A stretch of 64,000 nucleotides of DNA. It comes from the human T2T-CHM13v2.0 reference genome, Homo sapiens. Shown in pieces: positions 50,720 through 64,000 of this stretch. Numbering within the stretch: position 1 is the first letter of the stretch; each line of letters starts with the position of its first letter. The notes under the pieces were generated by a model, which did no database searches, was not told the DNA's origin, and saw nothing but the letters and a program-made list of their open reading frames with translations. The stretch lies in assembly GCF_009914755.1 (NCBI RefSeq), contig NC_060942.1; one strand, 5' to 3'. The position numbers were made by a program, and so were the translations under genes.

Positions 50720-50910
50720 AAAGGAATTTTTCAAATTCCAGGTGAGCCCATTCCTAGCATCTACCAGCTGAATGCAGCAGCATGAATTTGCTGATGTAAG
50801 ACCAAACAAAGAACCATTCAACCACTGCACAGAATCATGAAACAAAATACATGATTGTTGTTTTAAGCCACAAAACAGAGATGGTTTGTTATCCAGAGAT
50901 AAAACATATA
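50720..50910 (+). mobile_element. MLT1 LTR 3' fragment
   Basis: ccagctgaatgcagc...cagaatcatga...ttgttgttttaagccac...gtttgttat. Confidence 0.65.
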
Positions 50911-51753
50911 TTATTATATCAATGTTAAATTGCATTAGGTGTGATAATAGTATTGTGGTTATTTAAGAGATATAGGCTGAAGTGTTTGGGGTAAAGTTTC
51001 TTGCTTTCGAATTGTTAAGGAAAAAATAATTATAACTAGATGGACATACATGGGCACCCCTGTGGTGCGGGTGGCAGAGGGGCCAGGAGAGGGTGAACGC
51101 AATTATGAGAAAAGGTTAAAATTGTCATACTAGGTAAAGGTTATACAGATGTTCATCAAATAATCCTTTCAAATTTGTTTAGTTGAAAAATTCTTAAAAA
51201 ACTAAGGGGAGGGAAAATGGCTACACTCCTAATTAGGAGTTAAATTATATCCCCAAATTTGAGATTAAAACAGGCAAAAAGATTATTTTGCTAAAAGATG
51301 TCAACATTATTTAAGTTGTATCCACAGTGATTTGCAAAATTTGGGGAAGAAAGCAAAACTACAAGTGGTGCTATTACAGGTGAAAGGCCAGCAGAGCAAT
51401 AAGTTATAAAATAGTAAACTCAACAATAACATTTTTCAAGATAAATATCTGCCTCTCAATACATTCTAAAGAAAAATATTTATAACTACTGGTGTCAGTT
51501 CTTTTACTATTGACTTACCTAATAATAAAAGCAGTTTTGGTGAAATACATTCATAATAAGTAAACAGTTTCAAAACCACTGGACCAAATATTAACGAGAA
51601 ATATTCTTTAACTTCTTGAGTTATATAATGAAAACTGGACTTAAACAGAAAGGGGAGGTATAAAGAAATGTGGATACTCTATTTAAAAGCATTAGTTTAG
51701 ATACTGTATTTAAAAACATTAGTTTAGATCACGTTTTTATAAAACAAATTTTG

Positions 51754-52077
<324 letters not shown>

Positions 52078-52617
52078 CTAGAAGATTCCTGACATTGTAA
52101 ATATACAATGGCACACAACACAAAACATCAACTGTTTGAGCCCACAGAGCTTCCGTTAGTAAGATCCAAAGGAGAAACAAGTGCCACCAGAAAAGCTTGA
52201 CTTTATTTTACCAGTATATTTTTATCCTCTTAATTTTGAAATGAAGTATATTTCTCTCTTTCCTTTGGCAACTAAGAAATTCACCCAAATACTTTAATTA
52301 TTTCTAGAAATTTGTTACAGATTTTTGTGTACTGTACTTAACCTTGGTTTGATCTTATTTTCCCACAATGTTCGTCTATTGACTTGAGTCTCTCTTTTCT
52401 TTATTTTTATCCTTCAATATGTTATGCATCTCTCTGAGCTATCGTAAATTTAGTTCTGAAAATTCAACACAGCATTAGAGATCATCCATTCTTCTAGCTG
52501 TCAACAAATATTTGTTAATTGCCCATTATGTTATAGGAACTGGAGATAAAGTGGTGGATAAGTCCCCAGTCTCATGGAACTTTCATGATGGTAAGTACTA
52601 TAAAGAAAAATAAAACA

Positions 52618-53008
<391 letters not shown>

Positions 53009-53297
53009 TTAATCTCTCCACAACAGCATTACAAGGCCTTTCAGGAGTTGCCACTCATCAGAAAAAGAGCAATTGTTTGTAGGCCCTTTGTAAGTCCAAG
53101 AAATTAAATATTTCTTTTTAAAGCAACTTAACAGAAGCCAAAGTTATGTTAAACAGTGATATAGAAGTGAAAGGGCTCTATATTCTTTTACAGAAGGTTG
53201 TGTTTTAATTTGAAGTCTATATTTTGTACTTAAACATCATTGAAATTAGTAATTCATTAATATTTATGCTTGTCTTTATTTTGTAAAATTAGCAGAC

Positions 53298-53593
<296 letters not shown>

Positions 53594-53916
53594 AGCAGAC
53601 TTATTTTTTAAGAAAAAAATAATATAGTGAGTCTTGAGCCAAGTTTGGGAAATTAGGACAATTTAGCTTAAGCAGCTAAGCCTATCCATTTCAATTCACC
53701 GGTTATCAGCTTCAACAATACCAGAAATAACACCTAGGAGGAAATAAAGTAGCATCTAGTGCTGACCCATAAGACAAAGGCAAATGTACAAGTGCCCTAT
53801 TCTCTTTCTCATCATCACCCCTGTGCCCAGTGCATGATAAATAGTAAGATATTTTGCAGTTTACTTAACTCAGAATAACATTTTAAGAGATGTCTCTGTA
53901 TCAGTTTACATGCTTA

Positions 53917-54153
<237 letters not shown>

Positions 54154-55036
54154 TTAGTCTTCAAGAACAGCTGAAAGAGAGAACAAAATTAAATTGGGGT
54201 AAATCTTAATGCATTCATATGTATTTTCACATATTTTGATGATCACAAGTAGATGAAACATATATTTTTAATTATTATATAACTCACAACTTTACTTTCA
54301 TTTGTGGTGGTAACAATAAGTACTATTTAATAATGTGACATAATACTGAAATCAAATATGTAATAAAGTACATCTAAGCAAAAAGAAAAAGTTCAAGTAT
54401 AATAAGTAATTGGGACAAATAAACTATAATGAATTTAACTGCATAATAAGCTCATAAAAATTAGCACAGGACCAAAGAACAAATAAATAATTAAATCAGT
54501 CCTAAAAAGAGTTAGCGTTCAGCCAAGTCAAATCCTACAAAAAGAAAATATAAGTCGTGCAACTCTTGGTTGTACATATGACAATCATTGCCAATAACGG
54601 ATTTTTAATTATTTAAATCAGTTATAATTATTTAGATGTTGCTGAATTGATTTAAATTATTCAAATATTTGTGATTTTTTTTTCTTCTTACTTTGGTATT
54701 CTGGCTCTCTTGACTATTACCACATTGAGCAGGAAACATGTATTCTATCACATTTGGCAGAATCATATGAAGTTAAATTTCATCTGTGCTTCAGAAAATT
54801 TGTACTTATTAAAGAAACATTTTATTTTAGTTCCCTGAATCAATCAAAAAGGTTATGTTTTATCCACTCAATAAAAATGTTTTGTGCACACATCACATGC
54901 ATAACTGGGTGCTGGGGTACTATAAAGAATATCGAGTTCTCTGTAAGTTCATCACAGAGCTGATGAACTTACAAATACTTAAGGAAGAAAAACGAAGCAA
55001 TATGAAACATTTAAATAAAACTGTAAAAGAAGATAC

Positions 55037-55113
55037 CATTAAATTGCCAAGATCAAACGGAACATGGGAGTACTTTCCAAGCCAGTGTGTAATTTGCTAT
55101 TGTTGGTGAATCT
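55037..55113 (-). other. PIGN: Probable PIGN 5'UTR exon (77 nt)
   Basis: Acceptor T10-CTCCTCGATCTGCAG|AGAT and donor TTAATG|GTATCT. Confidence 0.75.
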
Positions 55114-56314
55114 CTGCAGATCGAGGAGAAAAAAAAAAGTATTGGAACTTGTCTTAGTTGTAATGTAACGGCATTAGCTACATATAGTGATCCTAGGCTG
55201 AAAAACACCAAGGATGAGGTAATTTTAGCTACAGACACATCTTTTTCTTCTTGGCCTGAAGAATCACATCATGGAAGGAAAGGATGGCAAAATAACCTTG
55301 CAAAAACAAATGAAACATTGGAAAAACACTCATCAAAGTCAAGCAGATTATAAAAAAGAAAACATGATAGAGCAAAAGGTCAAATTACAAGCCACTTATT
55401 TTCTGAGAACCAAGGGTCAACTAAATATCAAAGATATTCTACAAAGTACAAAAGTTCCTTAGTAAGTAGATGCTATTTTGCATCTCATAGCTAACTGACA
55501 AAGAGAATCTTTATGTGTCATATAGCATATTCCCTCCCCTCTTCTGTGCTACTACAAATCAACTTTCCATTTTCTGAGGCAGTTTAGAATAATAATCACT
55601 GTCCTTAATTTTTTTAAAAAGTAAATTTTATGTTTTTTTACTAAACAACCTAATGAACATTAAATGCTAAATTATCAATGTGAATGTAAAATAATTCTGA
55701 ATATATTTGTGTTATTTTCTTAAATATAATTCTCAATGTAGAATTAAAGATTCAAATATTGTGAAAAATTCTTCAAATTACCAAACCAATTTAAGATTCC
55801 ATTAGAAACATGTAAATAACTGTTTACCCAAATCTGAAAGTTCTGAAAATTGACAGTAATCTTTTTAGTGCATCAGTCATATTACAGTACTTTAAATTTA
55901 TATCCATTTTTATTTGCTTGCCTGCTAGCCAGTAAGGGTGTATACTGATTTCCTACTTACAGTTCTTCATGACTTGCTCTTTTGTTTTGATTATTATAGT
56001 AGATTTTAGACATTAGACCTTTTCTACTCTAGAGACAACACAGAGGTCCCAACGAAAAAAGGACTATGGTACACCTAATAATAAACCTGACCCAGTTGTA
56101 TTTTCCTGTTGGAGATAACCTTTATTACGTTATTTTCAAAGCTCATATTTGCATGGTGTTCTGGTCCCCGAAGAAACCTAGATTAGTTACCTTTGTGGCA
56201 CATGGTATTTTTTGTTTTCAATTTTGTTTCAAGAGCATTTTGTTGGGTCAACTACTTAAAATACCCTCAGAGAATACGAAGAAGAAATGCAAAAGTATCT
56301 ATATCTAAATTTAC

Positions 56315-56440
56315 CTTCCAGGTTTATCATCATCTGTTCAAAAAGATTTAGCTTTTAAGGAACATCTATGTTCAAAATTATAGGTCTCCAAAGGCTACAG
56401 CTCATCTCACTTTGCACAGGACTGAGACATAATACTGTTT
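56315..56440 (-). other. PIGN: Probable PIGN 5'UTR exon (126 nt)
   Basis: Acceptor TTTTATGTTCTAG|AAAC and donor GGAAG|GTAAAT; unique sequence between repeats. Confidence 0.7.
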
Positions 56441-56459
56441 CTAGAACATAAAACATTAA

Positions 56460-56930
56460 AAAAATTGTTAAAAAATTCACATAACATTTACCATTTTAGA
56501 CATTTTAAAGCACAGAGTTCTGTAGTGTTAAATATATTCACAGTGTTGTACAACCAATCTCCAGAACTTTTCATCTTACAAAACTGCAATTCTATATATA
56601 CGCATTAAACAACTCTCCATTCGCCCCTGTCCTAACCCTGGGGAACCACTGTTCTACTTTCTATTTCCATGGGTATAACTATTCTTGCTACTTCATACAA
56701 GTGAAATTATACAGTATTTATTCTTTTTTGATTAGCTTATTTTACTTAGCATAATGTCCTCAAGTTTCATCCATGTTGTAGCATATCAGAATTTCCTTCC
56801 TTTTTAAGACTGAAATCAGAACATTGCATGTATATACCATGTTTTGGTTATCCAGTCACTTATTCATAGACATTTGAGTTGCCTGCACCTTTTGGTGACT
56901 GTGAGTGATATTATGAACATGGGTACACAA
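56460..56930 (-). mobile_element. L1MB 3' end
   Basis: aaattcacataacatttacc...ttagcataatgtcctcaagtttcatccatgttgtagc. Confidence 0.8.
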
Positions 56931-57101
56931 TCAGTTTTGTTTTAAAATAAACATTGGGTATTGACCAAAGGCAGTCATGTAGATCCACTTAATTACAAGA
57001 AGCTGGAAAATACGGAAAACTGAGGAAATATTTGGTAAATATCACTGTCTCTGCTGCAGACATATTTTTACACATATTTCATACTATAATATATAACATA
57101 A

Positions 57102-57477
57102 TGTATTAGTCCATTTTCACATTGCTACGAAGAACCATCTGAAACTGGGCAATTTATGAAGAAAAGTGGTTTCACAGTTCCACAGGCTTAACAGGAAGCA
57201 TGACTGCGAGGCCTCAGGAAACTTAAATCATGGTAGAAGACAAAGGAGAAGCAAGCACGCCTTACCATGGCAGAGCAAAAGAGAGAGTGAGCAAAGTGGG
57301 AAATGCCACAGACTTTCAAACACCCAGATCTCACGAGAACCCACTCACTATCAGGAGAACAGCAAGGGGGAAATCCACCCCATGATTCAATCGCCTCCCA
57401 CCAGGTCCCTCCCTCAACACATGGGGATTACAATTCGAGATGGGATTTGGGTGGGGACGCAGAGCCAAACCATATCA
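57102..57477 (-). mobile_element. THE1D/MSTA MaLR solo LTR
   Basis: tgtattagtccattttcac...gggtggggacgcagagccaaaccatatca. Confidence 0.88.
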
Positions 57478-57742
57478 CACAGTAATACATACATTATGTT
57501 GATTATTATCACACATAATCATTATTATGTATATGTTAATACATATGTTAATTACACTGGCTGAATGTAGAGAGCAGATTGTAGTGGGTAAAGAAATGAA
57601 TCAAGGAGACTATTAGAAAGCTAGTTAGTATGTAAAATAGGCCAAGAAAGAGATTATTGTTGATTAGTATAAATTAGTGCAGTGGAAGTTAACAGAAGGA
57701 AGTTGATAATCGAGTTATACTTTGGAGGGAGATAAGGAAGGT

Positions 57743-58185
57743 TGCTATGGTTTGTGCTTTTCCCCACCAAAAGGCATGTTGAAATTTGACCCCATTGTGG
57801 CTGTGATGGGAGGTGGAGCCTAGTGAGAGGTGTTTAGGTCACACGGTTGGATCCCACATGAATGGCTTGGTGCTATTCTCACAGCACTGAGTTCTCACTC
57901 TGGAGCAGAGGAATTAGCTCTCTGGGAATGGATTAACTCCCCTTCTCAGGAATGGGTTGTTGTAAAGTGAGGTTCCTCCTCCTGTTCGGTCCCTCTTCAC
58001 ACATGCTCACATCCCCTTTGTTCTTCTCTGCCATGTTATAACAAAGCACAGAAGCCCTCACCAGAAGCCAGGTCCGTGTCCTTTAACTGCCTAGCCTGTA
58101 GAACTGTGAACTAAATAAACCTCTTTTCTTTATACATTACCCAGTTTCAGGTATTCTGTTATAGCAACACAAAATAAACTAAGAC
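57743..58185 (+). mobile_element. MSTB-like MaLR solo LTR within an L2 remnant (~57560-58940)
   Basis: tgctatggtttg...aaataaacctcttttctttata...tatagcaacacaaaataaactaagac. Confidence 0.85.
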
Positions 58186-59198
58186 CTGGGGCTTCAATAA
58201 AAGGATATGGGTAAAGAGGTAAAAAATGACTTCCAGATTTCTGGTTTGAGCATGTGAATGGTCTTTAACTTAGAGAAGGAAAAGATTTCCTTACAGGATA
58301 TGGGGGGACGTAAAGCTGAGGGAGAAAGTATTGAGCATTTTCTTTTTGATACATTAAATTTAAGCTCGAGATGCCATAATAAGGCAGACAGTTGCTGTGA
58401 AACTCAAGAGAGGATATCTTAACTACAAGAATGACCTAGAGAGAGCCACTACTAGAGACAGAAAAAAATTAGCCAGTGAAGTAGAAGGAAAACCAGATGA
58501 GGGGCCCTTGAAATTAAAAGAACAGTGATTCAAGCGTGAAGGGTGTGGTTAACTGTCAGATCTGCTTAAAGGCTGGAGTAAGGACAGTAATGAGTAATCT
58601 AGGAGCTTGGAGTTCTTGTTAACTTTATTGAGAAGTTTAAACAGTCGTGTGAGCTGAGTCCCATTAAAGTGGTTGTTTGAAAAGTAAATGGGAGGTGAGG
58701 GAGTGAGAGTGGAATGAGCACAACTCTTTGGGAGAATACTAACTTTGAAGAAAAGAAGAAAAATAAAAATTGATGTAGGGTCAGTAAAGGGTTTTCCTAA
58801 GCTATTAGAGACTAGAAGATTTGTGTGCTGAGGAATAATTTAGAATATAGAAGGATATGAATGATGCAGCAGAAAGCTGGAGTTAAATTCTCAGGATAGC
58901 AAGAGGGGATGGAATGGAGAGCACAAGTGGAGGAGCTGGGCTACTCTGAGTTTGCGCAGGACCTTCTTGCTTTTAGCACTGAAAGTCTAGCAGCCAGAGA
59001 AACATATTGGTTGCAGGCAAACTGGTATTGCGCTCTGGTTGGCTCTACCCTGCAGCAGGCTTCTTCTCATCTTTCATGCCCCTTCTCAAACGTCACCAAC
59101 TAAAGGTTCTTCTGATCACTCTGAAGTAGGCCCCTCCTCCATCTTCCTTGATCCAAACAAACATACATTCTGTAGCTATTGTTAATATTTATTTAGTG

Positions 59199-59868
59199 GC
59201 GAGGCTGTGGAGAAATAGGAATGTTTTTACACTGTTGGTGGGAGTGTAAATTAGTTCAACTATTGTGGAAGACAGTGTGGCAATTTCTCAAGGATCTAGA
59301 ACAAGAAATACCATTTGACCCAGCAATCCCATTACTGGGTATATACCCAAAGGATTATAAATCATTCTATATAAAGACACATGCAGACATATGTTTATTG
59401 CAGCACTATTTACAACAGCAAAGACTTGAACCAACCCAAATGCCCATTAATGATAGACTGGATAAAGAAAATGTGGCATATATACACCATGGAATATTAT
59501 GCAGCCATAAAAAAGAATGAGATCATGTCCTTTGCAGGGACATAGATGAAACCAGAAGCCATCATTCTCAGCAAACTAACACAGGAACACAAAAACAAAT
59601 ACCACATGTTCTCACTCGTGAGAGTTAAACAATGAGAACACATGGACACAGAGAAGGGAACAACAAACACCAGGGCCTGTAGCAGGGGTGGAGGACAAAA
59701 GAAGGGAGAGCATTAGGGCAAATACCTAATGCATGCAGGTTTTAAAACCTAGATGACAGGTTGATAGGTGCAGTAAACCACCATGGCACATGTATACCTA
59801 CGTAACAAACCTGTGCATTCTGCACATGTATCCCAGAACCTAAAGTAAAATAAAAAATAAAATAAATA
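59199..59868 (+). mobile_element. 5'-truncated L1PA (PA7/PA8-like): ORF2 C-terminus plus 3'UTR
   Basis: ORF 59221 [25 protein letters not shown]; poly-A tail; TSD aatattt(t)atttagtg. Confidence 0.92.
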
Positions 59869-59953
59869 TTTATTTAGTGTATCTCTTCCACTAGAATGTA
59901 AGCTCCTTAAGAACACAGACTGACACCTCGTTCTCTCCCGTATGCCTTGTCTA

Positions 59954-60505
<552 letters not shown>

Positions 60506-60654
60506 TTATGAAATTTACATTTTCCTGATGATCAATGATCATGAGCAACTTTTCACATGTTTAATGGACATTTTTTAGTCTCATCTTTTTATCCCTTCTC
60601 ATTTTTTTAACGGTGTATATAAAAAAACAGTACTTTTAAATTCTGATTAAGTTC

Positions 60655-60950
<296 letters not shown>

Positions 60951-61606
60951 TTCTGATTAAGTTCAATTTACCAACTTTTCTTTCTGGTTATTATATTTTA
61001 TGTCCCAACTATGGAATCATTGTAAGTAACCATGCTTTCTTTATTACACATTTTTAATATCTTTTATTTGAAAATAATTTCAAACAAAGTTACGAGAATG
61101 GTACAGACACCTGTATACCCCTTAGCATATTCACCTAAATGTTAACATTTCCCCTATTTGTTCTTTTTTCCCACTCTTTCTCTGCTTTGCTCCATCCCAG
61201 CCTTGCCTCTGTGCTTTGTCCTTTTTCTCTGTATATATCTGATCACATAACATTGTTTCTGAACCATTTGAGGATAAGTTATATACACCATGACTCTTTA
61301 TTCCTAAATACTTCAGTGTTTACTTCCTAGGAATAATGATACTCTCTTATACACCTACAGTATAGGTATCAATTCAGTAAATTCAACATCAATGTAATAT
61401 TTAATCTACCATCCATATTCCAATTTTGTGAAGTGATCCAATAATGTTCTTTATAGCATTTTTATAGCTTTACTGAGGCATAATTGACCAAAAAACTGTA
61501 CATAAAGTGTAATAATCACAGTCATAACGAACAAACCCATCAACCTAAAAGTTTTCTTACGAGTCTTTGTAATCCAACATTACCCCATTTCCTAGACAAC
61601 CACTAA

Positions 61607-61903
<297 letters not shown>

Positions 61904-62376
61904 CACTAATGTATTTTCTACCACTATAGATTTGTTTGCATTTTTGAATTTTATAAAAATCTATTTCTGCATCATGTACTCTCTTCCATCTGAATTCTTC
62001 CACTGAGCATAAATACTTTTAGAATCATATGTTTGTTCCTTTTTATTATTGAGCATTATTCCATTGCACAGATATAGCACAATTTGTTTATTCACTCTCA
62101 TGTTAACAGACACTTGTGTTGTTTCTAAAAGTTTTTGGCTATTTCAAATAAAGCTGCTATGAAGAATCACGTAACAGCTTATGTATGGGCGTGTGCTTTC
62201 ATTTCTTCTTATTATTTTTTTATTATTTTTTTTTTTGAAACTCCTGGGCTCAAGCAATCCTCCTGCCTTGGACTCCCAAAGTGCTGAGATGACAGGCGTG
62301 AGTCACTGCTTTCATTTCTCTTCAGTAAACACTTGGGAATAAAATGGCTAGGTCAAATTGTAAATATATGTTTAAC

Positions 62377-62675
62377 TTTTTTTTTTCCCTTGAGACAAAG
62401 TCTTGCTCTGTTGCCCAGGCTGCAGTGCAGTCGTACGATCACGGCTTACTGCAGCCTTGACCTCCTGGGCTCAAGTGATCCTCCCACCTCAGCCTCCTGA
62501 GCAGCTGGGACCACAGGTGAGAGCCAGCATGCCAGCTAAGTTTTAAATTTTTCGTAGAGATGGGGGGATCTCAGTATGTTGCCCAGGCTGGTCTCGAACT
62601 CCTGGGTTCAAGTGATTCTCCTGCCTTGGCCTCCCAAAGTGCTGGGATTACAGGTGTAAGCCACTGTGCCCAGCC
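62377..62675 (-). mobile_element. AluJ (a further Alu fragment lies at ~62215-62308)
   Basis: TSD atgtttaacttttt. Confidence 0.92.
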
Positions 62676-62992
62676 ATGTTTAACTTTTTCAGAAACTGAC
62701 AAACTAGTTGTTTTCCAAAATTGTTGTACAACTTTACATTCCCACCAGCAATATATGAGAGTTTCAGTGGCTCTAATTCTCAGCAACACCTGGCATTGTC
62801 AATCTTTCAAACTTCATCTGAAGTGGGTGTGTACTGGTAGCTTGTTGTGATTTTAATATAATTTCCCTAATGACTAATATTATTGAGTATCTTTCCATAG
62901 GCTTACTGATCTACCATTTGTATGGATTTAATTTTTTAATTAGATTGTGTTCTTGTCACAGAACCATAATGGTTCTTAATATATTCTAGATG

Positions 62993-63776
62993 CAGGCATA
63001 CCACATCTTATTGTGCTTTACTTGATTGCTCTTCGCAGATTTATTTTTGCAAGGTGACAGTTTGAAGCAACCCAGCATTGAGCAAGTATATTGGTGCTAT
63101 TTTTCCAACAATATGTGCTCACTTCATGTCTCTGTGTCATATTTTGTAATTCTTGCAATTATTTCAAACTTTTTCATTACTATTGTCAGTTATGTTGATC
63201 TACGATCAGTGATCTTTGATGTTATGATTGTAATTGTTTTGAGACAATTCCATATAAGACAGCAAACTTAATAAATGTGTGTGTTCCGACGGTTCCACCA
63301 ACTGGCCATCCCCCATCTCTCTCCCTCTCCTTGGGCCTTGCTATTCCAAAACACAACTAAATTGAAATTAGGACAATTAATAACCCTACAATGGCATCCT
63401 AAGTGTTCAAGTGAAAGAAAGACTCATGTGTCTCTCATTTTAACTCAAAAGTTAGAGATGATTAAGCTTAGTGAAGAAGGCATTTTGAAAGCCAAGACAG
63501 GCTGAAAGCTAGGCCTCTTGTTTTAAACAGTTATCCAGTTTGTAAATGCAAAGGAAAAGTTCTTGAAGAAAATTAAAAGTGTTACTCCAGTGAATACATG
63601 AATGATAATAAAGTTAAACAGTCTTATTGCTGATATGAAGAAAATTTGAGTGGTCTGGATAGAAGATCAAACCAGCCACAACATTTCCTCAAGCCAAAGC
63701 CTAATCCAGAGTTTAAGACCCTAACTCTCTTCAATCTATGAAGGCTGAGAGAGGTAAGGAAGCTGCAGAAGCGAAG
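62993..63776 (+). mobile_element. Tigger1 DNA transposon, 5' part with decayed transposase
   Basis: Terminus caggcatacc; KCSSERKTHVSLILTQKLEMIKLSEEG...KAKTG* (CENP-B-like HTH) with a frameshift and a stop. Confidence 0.9.
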
Positions 63777-64000
63777 TCAGTATCTATAAAAAAGCATGAT
63801 GACATTCTGTTTGGAATGGAGTTAAATCCACAGACCAACTGGGGAAGAACTGATAACAATATTTAGTCTCTCTGTCCAGGAATACAGTATAACTCTCCAT
63901 TTATTTAGGTCTTCTTTAATTTCCCTCAGCAATGTTCTGTAGTTTCAAATTAATAGGTCTTGTACATCATTTTTAAATACCATCTTTACAAATTTCATAT

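Noticed and set aside
59221-59520. 99-aa Cys/Trp-rich ORF
   Set aside because: Frameshifted C-terminus of a truncated L1PA ORF2.
63275-63505. TIGD1-like transposase ORF
   Set aside because: Decayed Tigger1 copy with a frameshift after the ATG, an early stop and a 3' truncation; not a domesticated gene.

Overview
AT-rich, repeat-dense primate (almost certainly human) genomic DNA. It contains the 5' half of PIGN (GPI ethanolamine phosphate transferase 1) on the minus strand. I traced 14 coding exons with GT-AG boundaries (54138 down to 2674; 1574 nt, codons 1-524 plus 2 nt, one continuous frame) and two probable 5'UTR exons. The promoter/first exon and the 3' exons lie outside the window. The rest is intron with about 25 Alus, L1s of several ages, LTRs (MLT, MST/THE1, MER4A, MER50-like), Tigger/MER47-type DNA transposons and simple repeats. 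I found no convincing new gene or new biological system. The best second-look items are: a patchwork templated insertion flanked by an 18-bp inverted repeat (10543-10983); an old local duplication whose best-preserved part is a sense-strand 3' splice site; a uORF-dense 5'UTR with a TAATG stop-start pair; and a four-level transposon nest. Repeat subfamily names and reference alleles come from memory, not from a search.
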